From positions 6,264,001 through 6,328,000 of the forward strand of contig OZ076409.1 in assembly GCA_964187785.1 (NCBI GenBank): a DNA stretch of 64,000 nt. Reading direction: 5' to 3'. Source of the stretch: Amphiscolops sp. MND2022 (taxonomy: Eukaryota). The notes beneath the pieces are model-generated. The model was given only the letters and a program-made list of their open reading frames with translations. It did not search any database and was not told the origin of the DNA. Below, in pieces: positions 50,167-63,900 of the stretch (position 1 is its first letter; each line of letters starts with the position of its first letter). Made by a program: the position numbers and the translations under genes.

Positions 50167-53075
50167 TCACGGACCGCATCGCTGGTACTGGTATATGCGC
50201 ATCAAATACGTTTCAATCTCATCGGGTGAACTCTCGTCTTTATTGGCTATGGTGAGTTCTTGCTGAATTTCGACCGGTAGCTTGCCGAATAAGAGCATCT
50301 TGATCACATTGTCGGCTTCGTTTCTAAAAACTTGTTTCGCGGTCTTTTTCAGGCTTTTGAGGCAATAACTGAATGTTTCTGTGGTGGGATCGTAGCGAGC
50401 CTGATCCCACTTGTAACGGGCCACTTCGTTGAGGCCTTCTTTTGCAAACTCCTTTCGAAACAGGTCCAGTACATCCTTGAGAGTCGTCAATGGTGTGATC
50501 TGGATCGATTGCCGGTATTCAATGGCTTCGTCTCGTAGGAGGCTTTGGAAGAAGTGGAATTTGTTCTCCTCTGTTATCTTGTTAGCCAGCGGACTCAGGT
50601 CTTTGAGGAGAAGGTGTTCAAACTCTACAAATTTGTTCTTTTGTCCTCTGAAGTTCGGAACGTGTGTTTGTAATAATTTGGTGTTGGTGGTCGAGCTCTT
50701 GATGCGGTGGGGAGTCGTCTCAATGGCATTCAAGAGTCTTTCTTCATGGCTTCGTGGTGTTGATTCGCCTTCTTCGTCGGTGTCATCGTCTTGGTATCTT
50801 TTGAGGTTTGATGTGAAGATGGATGTCGGGCGGATGGAGTGGGTGTCTGTTACTCCTGTCATCATGTCTCGCCCCAATTGGGGCTGCTTCGAAGGGCCTT
50901 GTGTACTTGTTGATGGGCTATCGCTTTTCGTTTTGTTAATAACTGCCATCATCAGGTCCTTCAGTTGGCAAAACTCCGATTGGAGCTCGTTGATTTTACG
51001 CTCTTAGTTTTCCTTCCTTTCAGAAAACTGGGAGGAAATGTCGGAGCTTTCATTCGTGTCGGAGTCATTAGAATTTGGTTCTGTCATGGCTAAATTCTTT
51101 AGCGTATTCTCTTCGGACGAGGGATCAATTATTTTGCCGTTTTTGAGCCTTGTACCTTGTTCGAGACTCATGCGAATTTTTAAAACGGAATGTGAGCGAA
51201 GAATGGATTGTTGAGATTTTTTTGGATGTATTTTCAAGTTTATGTCAATTGTAGAATATCTCAAATTCACTTGTTTGAACAGAGATGTCTTTGCGATGAA
51301 AGACTACAGTAAATCCGAGTAATTAGTATGTAGTGGAAACTAAAGCAATACGAGAGGAAGTCATCTAAACTTCATCACAATGAAGAATACTAAAGATGAT
51401 CGTTCAGTGTTTTTGCGAGTTGTTTTCTTGAGATGAGTTTCGGATGAATTTCTGAATAATTTTTTCATGAACTTACCAACCGTACGATAGTCGGTCGCAA
51501 TCTCTCACTGAGAAATCAATATGGTGGCTCAAACTACAGCAGTGCGCGTCTTTTTTCTGATTGGTAAGACGCAAATCTCTTACCAACCTTCGTTTCTATT
51601 AGTTGTTCCCAGCTGTTGCTAATTGGTAAGTCACGTGACCAGTGTTGCGAGCTGCCGTAGGATGGCTACATACCATGGTAAATCTACATATTTGCAAATA
51701 GTATTGAATCATCAGCTTTACAGTGTTGTAATTGCCTGCACGTTAACAATGGTTGCTATGGGCATTGAAACCAGATGAAAGCACTCACTTTTGCATCAAT
51801 TTCAAGCCAAATTAAGATGAAACACATCTAGCGATGAGAAAACGATGTTTTCTACACAATAACAGCAATACCTGATAGCATTTGTATACAGGGATGAAGT
51901 ATTGATGAAGATGTTAAAATATTCACTGTTTCCAAGCTCTAATTTAGCACATGATGAAACTGCGATGAAATCTCAGTTAGCTTTGTCCAAAATTGGCACG
52001 AATTAAAATTGTGATGAAAAAGAGATGGACTTCCTTCCTTATTTGCTATTTCCAACACGAAATCAAATTGGCGATGAATTAGGGGTGTATTTTCCAACAA
52101 ACAAGTAAACCAGCACTGTCACTCTTTTATGGATGAGTTAAGGAAGTACTTTCTCCTTTCTCTCTCTTTCTAGTTACGCGATGAATGAATGATGAGTTTC
52201 CTGTCTTAAGAAATGAGAAGCACATTCGAAACTACTAAAACATTCTACCGATAAATTCATGATGAGTTAGTGAAATTAAAGTCCCATGAAATCCTCTGAT
52301 GGATTAGTAATGAGATAAATTAAAATGGTCCCATATTTAGTTCACTCACAACTCTGAGGATGAGTATGTGATGAACTCTGGTAGAAATGGTTATTAAAAC
52401 TCTTTAGCAAATCCGCTGATGGATTTAGGATGAATTACTACAAATCGCAATTGAATTGAAATCACTGGCTAATTCACTGATGGATTAGCGATGAATTTTA
52501 CAGTAGCACCAGTTTATGCATGAAAAGTAGTCAATGATTTTAGTGGATGAGGAAAAGGTGAAGTTTCCTCTAGTATGGTTGCATGAACTAATACTGGGTC
52601 ACATCGAAGTAAACGAATTGTCACTGTCGTCACTCTGAGCCGGGGAGCATATCGAAGCAACAATTTTCATCATTTTTCTATCCTTCGGTCCAGTTTGACC
52701 GGAAAACTTTTCTCCCTTGTCGTGACAAGCCNNNNNNNNNNNNNNNNNNNNNNNNNNNNNNNNNNNNNNNNNNNNNNNNNNNNNNNNNNNNNNNNNNNNN
52801 NNNNNNNNNNNNNNNNNNNNNNNNNNNNNNNNNNNNNNNNNNNNNNNNNNNNNNNNNNNNNNNNNNNNNNNNNNNNNNNNNNNNNNNNNNNNNNNNNNNN
52901 NNNNNNNNNNNNNNNNNNNNNNNNNNNNNNNAAAAGGGAGGAGGGAATTAAGTACAAGTAACGTAGGCTTGCTCACAACCATGGCATCATATTGCCCCTA
53001 TCTAAGTACATGAGACATAGTATTTACATTATAGATATTTAGTAGACTATATTTCCACCATGCTGGCATGACACT
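50167..53075 (-). mobile_element. gag: LTR + leader + truncated gag (tandem copy 1 of an LTR retrotransposon)
   Basis: High-identity direct repeat of ~58150-60950; gag ORF 50167-50952 is truncated before the zinc knuckles; the LTR spans the N gap. Confidence 0.85.
52732..52931. other. Assembly gap (200 N)
   Basis: Run of N. Confidence 1.
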
Positions 53076-54139
53076 CCCGGTTGGAGGGATTTGGGATGAC
53101 AGTGCAGGGGCCAAATGTGCAGAGGATGGTTGTCTCAGCGTGGGCTTCGACTAATTCCTTCGTTCGGTTGGGGAAAAAATCCTTCGCTGGTACTGAATTA
53201 ATAGATCCTTCGTTAGTAATGTCCCGTGTGGATCTTCTCTGAGATGGAGACATCGACAATCGTTTCTCGTCTGGCATTATCCTTAGTAATTTCGGTTAAA
53301 ATAGGACGCGGCAACTCTATTTCTTGGCCCATCGGAGGATGTCCGCTGATCTGCATTTTTTTGGTTGTCATACTTTTGTCAGGAGCTGACTGGCTGATTG
53401 TCTCGGTGAAACTTTGCTTTTTTGCTGGCGAGTTCCCCTCCAATTCGCCTACGCTAAGTAGATACTCAGCGAAGCATCAGTGTTGATTTAGCAGCAGGAT
53501 GGTGCCGCTAATTTTTGTTTTCTGGAAACTCGGCGGTGAAAAACAGATGGACTGTTGCTATAGCAACTGTCGCTCGCTCTGATTGGCTGAGACTGATTTT
53601 TATAATCGGAAAACCACAACTGATTGTCAACAACACATTCTTCGTGAACCACTCTCCGTAAAGTCGATTGAAAATCGCCACGATTTCCGTTGAGCATTTC
53701 CGCTCACCTTCGCACGTAGTTGCTCTGAGACTGGCAGCTGTCATCAAAATCAAATACTTGAAGTGTTTTGTAGTAGTAGTCAAATTTCAGAGAGTACTGG
53801 TCCATTTCAGAGAGTATTGAGGCGAGTCGTATTTTTGAAAGATAAAGTGAGGGCTGTCCTGAAATCGAAGAATTTTCATCGTTTTCTCGTCCGTTGAATT
53901 CAAGTATTTGGTTTACCTCTGCGGTCGGGCTGCATTCTCGCTCTTTGAAAACTTGGTCGTGAATTTGTATGATCGTAATCATGGTTGATCAGGCCATTTA
54001 ATTACTGATCAAACTCATGTCCTAACTTCTTCGACTTCTTTCCTCTCTTCACTTTCTTTCGTTCTTTTCAGATTCTTGGTTGAATTTCTCATCTCTCTTT
54101 TCAAAATGTCAGATGAAGTGCACTCCGTTCACTATTTAC

Positions 54140-55270
54140 CAGAGACCGAAGTCCCAGAAAGTAAGTGTAGACATTTTTTTCTTCACATGTAAGTGAGACG
54201 GTAAGAAACATCAGGCGTCTCCTGTTTTAGCCGATTCCATCCGTTCAGTCGCTATTGTGTCTGAATTAACTACATTGGAGACCGTTCCTCCCATACAAGT
54301 CCCAGAAAATCAAGCTGGAACTTCTGAGGCTCAGTTTGACCCTGGCTACTCCGTAGGCCAATCCAATGTAAATGTCCCTTACCTCCCGCAGTGTAAGTAT
54401 CGTTTCCAGTTCTCCAATCTAGCCTCAAGTCATCGATTCTTCATCGCCTTACGACCAGATTTTGATTCCTTTCCATTCCGTGTTTCAGATCATTTACCGT
54501 GGTATGCTTCCCTTGGAAGTATTACTTTTGGGTGATACGACCGGTACCTGAGGGACATGCTGCGCGAGAGTGTACAGCAATACAGTGAGTGTAAAATTTC
54601 CCCGTATTTCTTCATTAAGGTATCGTCCGAACATCACGATGTAATTCCGATGTTTCCATCTCATCTTCATGTAATGTTCTTTGCGGTCGATCCGCCATAG
54701 GTTTCTTCTAAGATGAGTGTAAGATGAGTTATTGAAATTCTCGCCTTGATTCTGCCCGTCTTCTCGCCAATCGATATACTGGTGGGCGAGCAATGAGTTG
54801 CTCTTCTATTCCAGGTCCGACTCCGATCCAAGCTCCGAGGCCTCGTCCAATCACTTAATCGATTGGAATAGGGACCAGTGACTATGGTGCCACCAGTGTT
54901 GATGCCAGTACGCTAGTGTAAGTATCGTTTACAGTTCTCCAATCTAGCCGCAAGTCATCTATTTTTCTTCGCCTTACGACGAGACATTGATTTCTTTCCT
55001 ATCCGTGTTTCAGATCATTACCAGTGACCGAAGTCCCAGAGAGTAGGTTGAGACTTTTCTTTTCTTCACATGTAAGTGAGACGGTAAGAAACATCAGGCG
55101 TCTCCTGTTTTAGCCGATTCCGTCCATTCAGTCGCTTTTGTGTCTGAATTAACTACATTGGAGACCTTTCTTCCCATGCAAATCCCTGAAAATCAAGCTG
55201 GAACTTCTGAGGCTCAGTTTGACCCTGGCTACTCCGTAGGCCAATCCAATGTAAATGTCCCTTACCCCCA
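54140..55270 (+). repeat. Local duplications (54143-54390 / 55027-55270; 54390-54495 / 54916-55020)
   Basis: Near-identical blocks, e.g. GTAAGTGAGACGGTAAGAAACATCAGGCG and GTGTAAGTATCGTTT..GTTTCAGATCATT. Confidence 0.8.
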
Positions 55271-56280
55271 CCATTGGAGCTCTCATCCTTTTTGCAGGAT
55301 CTCTCTCTGAACGCTGTCAGCTCTACGGTCTCGCGAGCCCCAGTTTCGGTGTTGTCTCCGAATTTCCAGCGTTACTTAGGAAATTGGGTCCTCTGCTAGG
55401 AGTCCTCCTCCTCCACGTGTGACTCTCTGTCGTGGCACTTCCCCCAGGGACGAGGTGGAATACGCAGACGTGGCTGTTGATGCTGTTTGCGATCATGAGG
55501 ACAAGGCGGTGTTGGCTGTGGTGGAGTCCTGTAACGCTGGTACCTCGTACGATCCACCTCTCGAGGTTGATCCTGTTGTGCTTCCTCCTGTACGCGATGA
55601 TGTTGAGGCAGCAGAAACTGACTTCGCTCCTCCTGGTTATCTCTCTCCTGCCAGTTCTGATGCCACCATTGATCCGCCGGATGACTTCACAGTCGATGGT
55701 TCATTGGCTGCGCAATCTGTTCCGAGACGGATGCCTCTGTGGCTGACGCTGGCCCAGAAAAGACCTCTCATATGGGGCCCAGTCTCATTGATTCGGATGA
55801 TGAACTGATTGCTTCACGTTTGCCAGGTAACCCAAACTGCTTTTAAAAACTTGTGAAGTATCGGTTTGGCAAGGTTATGTACTCATTTACTTTCTTTTTA
55901 AATTTTCTTTTTCTTTTCTACTTTTAATCTTTTCGTTTCTCATTGAACACGGTAATTTTCTCTGTGTTTTTGATCTATCATTTATTTTCATAATTTTTGT
56001 GATTTTTCATTTCACTCGTTTTTCTTTTATCTACAAGTTTTCGTTTTGTTCACCGTTTTTTCATCACTTCAAGGTTTTTCAGACGGGACACCCTTCTTTT
56101 CAATCTTCTAGTCATTTTCGTATTTCTCATCGCCTTTCCAATTTTACAATTTTTCTTTCGGTTTCACATTACTTTTCGTTTTTTAAGGCTTTTTTTCGAC
56201 TTTACATCTCATTCTCATTGTTCAGTTGTTTTGTCTCAATTTATTTTACTTTTCGTTTTATCGGTTCGCAGAAACATCTC

Positions 56281-56769
56281 TTTTTAGTCGGCGCTTTTCT
56301 AAAGAAAAGAGCCCGACTATTACAGTCACTCGTTTTTTTTTTAATTTAAGACAGACTCGAAGCAACGAACGTTAAAATTAACGTTCAACTACTAAATACA
56401 GTACTACTTAAATACTGGCAGCGCATTTGAGATAGTGCAAAGGGTCCCCCCTTTCAGTAAGTCCATTTTTATCGTAAGATACAAAACAGGACGGGACTAT
56501 AGGGTCCCCCCTTTGAGATTTTTCGGCACTGTGCGACTTTTTTTCGAAATTTTTTTTAATCCCCAAAGGGTCCCCCCTTCGAGTTTTTTGATATTTTGCA
56601 ACGGAATGTATGTTAATAAATCCAGAAGGATCCCCTTTTACATTTTTCGGCACTATGCGATTTTTTTTGAAAGAAAAAATTTTTTCAAAAATTTCAATTT
56701 TTTTCCAATTTTTTTTTGCGCTTTTTGAGCCTCAGATATGGCGCCGACTTTAGACGTTCCCGTCTTGTT
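56281..56769 (+). mobile_element. HINE-like element family A (complete)
   Basis: TTTTAGTCGGCGC ... GCGCCGACTTTAGACGTTCCCGTCTTGTT. Confidence 0.75.
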
Positions 56770-56845
56770 TATCTTATCCATTTTCTTGGTTGTGTGTAGT
56801 GTGGTCTGTTGTTAGTCGAGTGTCGCGCGTGTTTGTTTTACATTA

Positions 56846-57609
56846 GAGTGCACAGGCAAGCCTTATTTGCTCAAAGCGCAACATTGTGCTTTCAATATCT
56901 CGGATTCCACGACCATACCTTTAACCGTGCAAAATTGGCAAATTACGTCATTTGTCCCGGATTCCACGGATTTAGTCATGGATTCCAGTAACAAATGCTT
57001 AGCTGTACGAACTGTCGGCATGCAGCGGTGTCCCGGATTCCACAAAAACGTAAGATTTGCGAAATGAGCCAATCAGATTGCAGAAATCATAAATTTCCTG
57101 GATTCCACGACTTTATGCTTGAGGCGATACGCGGCATCTCTTCTTGAATTAAATTCAAGTGGAAGACTGAACAAACATAATATTATGCACTACTTTTCGT
57201 ATATTAATTCAAAATGATTCAGACAATCACACCAATATCACACAAAATTTTTAGATTTTTCAGTTTAGTACCAGTTTTGAACAAACTGCCAGATCATTAC
57301 AATCTGCCATTTTTTAATGACATGCTTCATTCGTACTTCTTGGATTTTTCGTGCCGATCAAAACAGTTTCCTTTAATATAAAATTGAATTAATTTAAAAT
57401 GAATACTCAAAATCAGCGGACCAATCAGAGAGCAGCGGCAAGAGTGTCATTATAGCAGCAGTATTGGCGTGGAATCCAGGACAAGCATTGTCGTGGAATC
57501 CAAGACACGCTTAACATCAAAGAGAAATTTTGTCTTGGATTCCGCGACTTTTCTCAATTTTCGTGTCCCGGATTCCACGAAAACAGCAAAATAGCTTGCC
57601 TGTGCACTG
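56846..57609. mobile_element. Non-autonomous TIR element (764 bp) with CAGTG-type ends and GGATTCCA subterminal repeats
   Basis: catTA|GAGTGCACAGGCAAGC ... GCTTGCCTGTGCACTG|TAatg; about 9 GGATTCC(A)/TGGAATCC motifs inside. Confidence 0.8.
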
Positions 57610-57638
57610 TAATGTGGCGGGCCGAAATTGTGGTTGTC

Positions 57639-59139
57639 CTAAAAACCCTGATTGATGTCTTCATCAGAGTAACTGGTCTGTTCATCTTCTTCTGTTACTG
57701 CTTGCATCTGGTTCATTGGTTGTTATTGCCGTTTAAGTTCTTTTCGTCGTGACTTGTTATCGTCTTGAGAGTTTGTGGCATATGGTATTTTGCCATAAGC
57801 TGAACTGCTTTCTTTCGGGACTCTTCTTCGGCAGTCTCTCGCTGAGTGGCTTGTGTAGCCACATATTTGACAAACCAGTTTGGGGTTGTACTTAGGTTTG
57901 TACGAGTCGGCTGGTTTCTTCATAGGGATGGCGTCTTCCTTCTTGATTCCATTGGCTTCATCACGTTGTCGGGCGCGGCATTCAGTCTTCCGGTGGCCGG
58001 TCTTGCCACAGTAGAAGCACTGTCCTTCGGAGCGTTTTCGTTCCGGTTGCACCGTTGTGGTTGCTGGGTTGGTCGTTGTATTCGTTGTCGGGTTGGAGGA
58101 GGTGACCGCGTTAAATGGTTGAATAGTAGTTTGAGGCGACGTGTACTGCTGGTACTGGTATTTGCGCATCAAATACGTTTTGATCTCATCGGGTGAACTC
58201 TCGTCTTTATTGGCTATGGTGAGTTCTTGCTGAATTTCGACCGGTAGCTTGCCGAATAAGAGCATCTTGATCACTTTGTCGGCTTCGTTTCCAAAAGCTT
58301 GTTTCGCGGTCTTTTTCAGGCTTTTGAGGCAATCACTGAATGTTTCTGTGGTGGGATCGTAGCGAGCCTGATCCCATCTGTAACGGGCCACTTCGTTGAG
58401 GCCTTCTTTCGCAAACTCCTTTCGAAACAGGTCCAGTACATCCTTGAGAGTCGTCAAAGGTGTGATCTGGATCGATTGCCGGTATTCAATGGCTTCGTCT
58501 CGTAGGAGGCTTTGGAAGAAGTGGAATTTGTTCTCCTCTGTTATCTTGTTAGCCAGCGGACTCAGGTCTTTGAGGAGAAGGTGTTCAAACTCTACAAATT
58601 TGTTCTTTTGTCCTCTGAAGTTCGGAACGTGTGTTTGTAATAATTTGGTGTTGGTGGTCGAGCTCTTGATGCGGTGGGGAGTCGTCCCAATGGCATTCAA
58701 GAGTCTTTCTTCATAGCTTCGTGGTGTTGATTCGCCTTCTTCGTCGGTGTCATTGTCTTGGTATCTTTTGAGGTTTGATGTGAAGATGGATGTCGGGCGG
58801 ATGGAGTGGGTGTCTGTTACTCCTGTCACCATGTCTCGCCCCAATTGGGGCTGCTTCGAAGGGCCTTGTGTACTAGCTGATGGGCTATCGCTTTTCGTTT
58901 TGTTAATAACTGCCATCATCAGGTCCTTCAGTTGGCAAAACTCCGATTGGAGCTCGTTGATTTTACGCTCTTAGTTTTCCTTCCTTTCAGAAAACTGGGA
59001 AGAAATGTCGGAGCTTTCATTCGTGGCGGAGTCATTAGAATTTGGTTCTGCCATGGCTAAATTCTCGGGCGTATCCTCTTCGGACGAGGGATCAATTGTT
59101 TTGCCGTTTCTGAGCATTGTACCTTGTTCTAGACTCATG
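57639..59139 (-). pseudogene. gag: Ty3/Gypsy-like gag with two CCHC zinc knuckles (in-frame stops at ~58972 and 57723)
   Basis: ORF 57723-58919 with CFYCGKTGHRKTEC and CQICGYTSHSARDC; the frame continues past TAA to ...EDINQGF*. Confidence 0.88.
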
Positions 59140-60694
59140 CGAATGTTTAAAACGGAGTGTGAGCGAACACTGGATTGTTGAGATTTTTTTGGATGTATTT
59201 TTTAGTTTATGTCAATTGTAGAATTCACTTGTTTGAACAGAGATGTCTTTGCGACGAAAGACTACAGTAAATCCGAGTATTTAGTATGTAGTAGAAATTA
59301 AAGCAATACAGGAGGAAGTCATCTAAATTTCATCACAATGAAGAATTACTAAAGATGATCGTTCAGTGTTTTTGCGAGTTGTTTTCTTGAGATGAGTTTC
59401 GGATGAATTTCTGGATAAGTTTTTCATGAATTTACCAACTGTACGATAGTCGGTCGCAATCTCTCACTGAGTAATCATTATGGTGGCTTAAACTACAGCA
59501 GTGCGCGACACTTTTCTGGTTGGTAAGACGCAAATCTCTTACCAACCTTCGTTTTTATTGGTTGTCTTCAGCTGGTGCTAACTGGTAAGTCACGTGACCA
59601 GTGTTGTGAACTGCCGTAGGATGGCTACGTACCATGGTAAATCTACATATATGCAAATAGTATAGAATCATCAGCTTTACAGTGTTGTAATTGCCTGCAC
59701 GTTAACAATGGTTGCTATGGGGATTGAAACAAGATGAAAGCACTCACTATTGCATCAATTTCAAGCCAAATTAAGATGAAACACGTCTAGTGATGAGAAA
59801 ACGATGTCTTCTACACGATAACAGCAGTGCCTGATAGCATTTGTATACAGGGATGAAGTATTGATGAACACGTTAAAATATTCACAGTTTCCAAGCTCTA
59901 ATCTATCACAGGAAGAAACTGCGATGAAATCTCAATTATTTCTGTCTAAAATTGGCACGAATTAAATTTGTGATGAAAAACAGATGGACTTCCTTTCTCA
60001 TTTGCTGTTTCCAACAAGAAATCAAATTGGCGATGAATTAGGGATGTATTTTCCAAAAACAAGTAAACCAGCACAGTCACTCTTTTATGGATGAGTTAAG
60101 GATGTACTTTCTCATTTCTCTCTCTTTCTAGTTACGCGATGAATAAATGATGAGTTTCCTGTCTTAAGAAATGAGAAGCACATTCGAAATTACTCTAGCA
60201 TATTCTACCGATGAATTCATGATGAGTTAGTGAAATTGAAGTCCCATGAAATCCGCTGATGGATTAGTGATGAAATAAATTAAAATGGTCCCATATTTAG
60301 TTCACTCACAACTCTGAGGATGAGTTTGTGATGAACTCTGGTAGAAATGGTTCTAAAAGCTCTTTAGCAAATCCGCTGATGGATTTAGTATGAATTACTA
60401 CAAATCGCAATTGAATTGAAATCACTGGCTAATCCACTGATGGATTAGCGATGAATTTTACAGTAGCACCAGTTTATGCATGAGAAGTAGTCAATGATTT
60501 TAGTGGATGAGGAATAGATGAAGTTTCCTCTAGTATGGTTGCAAAAACTAATACTGGGTCACATCGAAGTAAACGAATTGTCACTGTCGTCACTCTTAGG
60601 CGGGGAGCATATCGAAGCCACAATTTTCATCATTTTTCTATCCTTCGGTCCAGTTTGACCTGAACACTTCTCTCCCTTGTCGTGACAAGCCAAT

Positions 60695-60951
60695 ATTTCA
60701 AAGATTATAGCACATTATGGCTATAGGCAAGATCATTTATGCGGAACACCGGAACTAGAGCGCTCCGTATTAAGTAGATATATATAGCTTACACTCAAAA
60801 GGGGGGAGGGAATTAAGTAGAAGTAACGTAGGGTTGCTCACAACCATGGCTCTTATTATATGACATCATAATACTCATATCTAAGTGCATAAGACATAGT
60901 ATTTACATTACAGATATTTAGTAGACTATATTTCCATCATGCTGACATGAC
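60695..60951 (-). repeat. 5' LTR of the gag-bearing element, followed by a TGG PBS-like site
   Basis: Begins TGTCATGTCAGC on the minus strand and matches 52932-53072; TGGCTTGTCACGAC lies just inside. Confidence 0.7.
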
Positions 60952-63900
60952 ACCGGGTTTTATCTTCATCCACATAAAAAACTGCCTGCTACAGTTAATA
61001 AACACAAATTCAACCACCTTTTTACCTTGTTTGAAAAGAATTCACCCGATAACATTTACAAAACGAATTCACCCGATAGCATCTAAAAACCGCAGCATCG
61101 GGCATGGAACACCTCGCAAGAACGAATAAAAACAAATAATTGCAGCGGAGGTTAATATCAGACCCGGTAAAGTCTTTTAAAAAGTTTGTTCAGCTCACAA
61201 AAGAAGAAACTGGATGACCATTGGAAGAATAATCAATTCAGACTGTGTTATACAGAAACGGAAAAACCCTTTAACTAGAGGAGATGGCGATATGCCAGTA
61301 CAACTCAACTCAAATCAACTCACTTCCGGTTTTATTCTGATTCACAAAAACGAATTTCGCAAAATTGTATGTTGTCGTGAACAAAAAAAACGAAGCTGTC
61401 AAATTTCTGCAGCATCGTTATCTTTTATTCAAAACTCGGAATTTGTTTTGGATACAACGAAACAAAGGAAAAGATTTATTTGATGAAATATTAAACGATA
61501 GAGCCAAATAGAATCCTTTATGTTGAATTTTTTTTTCTTTGAAGGTGTTTGAAGGAAAAAGCCAAAAACTCACCATTTTCGAATTGCCATTATGATGATC
61601 TACTTGAACCTCATGATATCGAAGAATAACTAACAGAAGGAATTCGCAAATCTTATCTTCATTTACTGGATAATTGGTAGCTCTTCTTTCACCCCATTTG
61701 TCAGCCGTTTCTTCTGCCAAGAAAGGAGAAAGGTCATTGTTCGAAAACAGCTGTGATTTCAGACCTCAAGACATTTGTTCTCAATGGAAAGTCATTCTGT
61801 CTGACAATCAAAATGTTTCATGATTCACATTTTGTGACGAATAATGAATGAGTCATAATGTTACTATAATTGTTATGAATGGAATGGTGGCACATGAAGA
61901 ATATTGTGGAATCACTTGTAATTGTTGAATTATTTGCCGAATAACAGCTTCTACAAGTTTTACTCACACCAGATGACATTCAATGATTTGATTGGATGAT
62001 TGGTGGTCTCAATCAACGTGTGTAAAAAAAGGACAACAAACAAAAAACTAAACAACACATATCATGTCATCCAATGATGTCATCATCTCAGCAGCACAAG
62101 AAGAACAAACACGCTTCCACGAATTCAAACATCTCAACAGCAGCAGGCATTACCCTTACAGGCTCTTTTCTGAACCCCCTCCCCCCACCATAAAAAATTT
62201 TAGTATGAATTGCATGCAACTTTTTCGAACTTTGACTAAATTGAAACTCAATTTTTTTCAGTAAGAAAAAATTAATTTCTCCTGGAATATTTTTTGTATG
62301 AACAGAACATTTTCCACGCATTTTGACTGTGATTATGCTGAAAATTAAGCGTTTTTTCATGACTCAAGACCGGAAGCTGGTGATTTCCTCATTCACAATG
62401 CGTAACTTCATCAAAAATAGTGTGAACAAACTTCATATCTGGATCCTAAATTGACATCTTGAAATCAAAATCCGAAATTGGTTTGGCATCCTGTTTTTGT
62501 TGTAATAGTATTTTTACTGATTTTTCAAAAAAAAATTGGTGTTGGGGAGAAAATTGCATTGCTTTTACAGGCTCTTTTCCATTTTCTTACCTACCATCAA
62601 CATTTTTTGATGGTAATTTACAGAAAAATTTTCAAACTGGTTGATTTCGAAGTGAAGTTTTCCCATAACAGGAAGTTAACTTCTATTGAAATAGTATTTC
62701 GTTTGAACGAAACATTTTTCAAACATTTTGTTTGTGAACAATTCACGCTTGTTTTGGCAATCCAATGAAAAGTGTTTTCTGCAAAAACTGTTGGAAAATT
62801 GTACTTTTTTTGAAAACTTGAACAGATTTTTTGGTCATGCTTGCTCTAAACACTCTAAACAGCCGGTGCATCCGAGTCTTCTTCCTGCTTATCAACTTCT
62901 CTTCCGTCTCTGCAACCCTCCACTTCACAAACCAGGATAGTGTTCGTCCCCAAAATCAAGTTTTCCCTCGGCCCTATCACTATCATATTGCTCCTTGTTG
63001 AATTGTTCCTTGAGCTCTAGAATTTCTTGAGAGAAGATAAGTTTTTGTTTCTTTGAAATGAGCAAAACTGAAAATATCACCCTACAATGAGAATAACAAA
63101 AAAACACTGTATTATACCTTTTAAAAGTTCACATAATTAAAATAAAACGAAGTAAAAATTATTGTTATTGTAACTTTATAAAAGGGACAGTGTAATTCAA
63201 TTGATGCAAGTTTAAAAAAGTAATAAGAGTAATAAGAAAAATAATAAACAACATAAGAGCAACTGACATGTTGATGCGTTGCTCCATTGAGAAAAGTGTA
63301 GCGAGTGCCAAAAAAAATCAACCAGAATATTGAAGATACAAGGAACTTTTATACGTTCCTTTTCTGATTCTGCAAGTCTAAAGTGTCGGAAAAACGGATG
63401 GAATTTTGTTCTGAGCTTTTAATCCCACCGTACTCCGAAAACTGAACCTTTCCCAGTTCTGCACAGAAAAACGACTCGAAGTGCTGACGCGATAACTCAA
63501 GGACTCCCAAGACTGCCAAGGGAAACTCCAGTTTTCGAAAATTCTCGTGTTTTTATCAGATTTGGCCCAGCCCTTGGCAGTCAGGGCCACAATTTGCTTC
63601 ATATGACCGCGTTTTGGTAAAATGAATCAAAATTCACTGCCATCTGGTGAAACAAGAACTCGAAAGAAAAGAAGTAAAAAAGTAATTTCATTGGATGATT
63701 CGAAACAACGCATAACATTACATATGGCATTAGACTTTTACCAACCAAAATGGACCACGAAGGGGCATAACTGCTCTTCGAGTCTTTGCCTCTAGAAGCA
63801 AGTTTGAATCAACTTTTTACCGAACAACTTATGAGAAAAATGAAAACAGGATTTGATATTTACAGTATACAAATGAAGAAGTTTTGCTAGATTGGTACCC

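Noticed and set aside
50429..51007. 192-aa plus-strand ORF
   Set aside because: Antisense shadow of gag; broken in the second copy.
52599..52982. ORFs spanning the N run
   Set aside because: Artefacts of the assembly gap.
55419..55808. Acidic/Pro-rich ORF and nearby splice-like duplications
   Set aside because: Low complexity, no domain, and no consistent gene model could be built.
61574..63640. Possible minus-strand exons (61574-61750, ~62930-63030, ~63380-63640)
   Set aside because: Some splice-like sites are present, but there is no recognisable protein family and stops prevent a coherent model.
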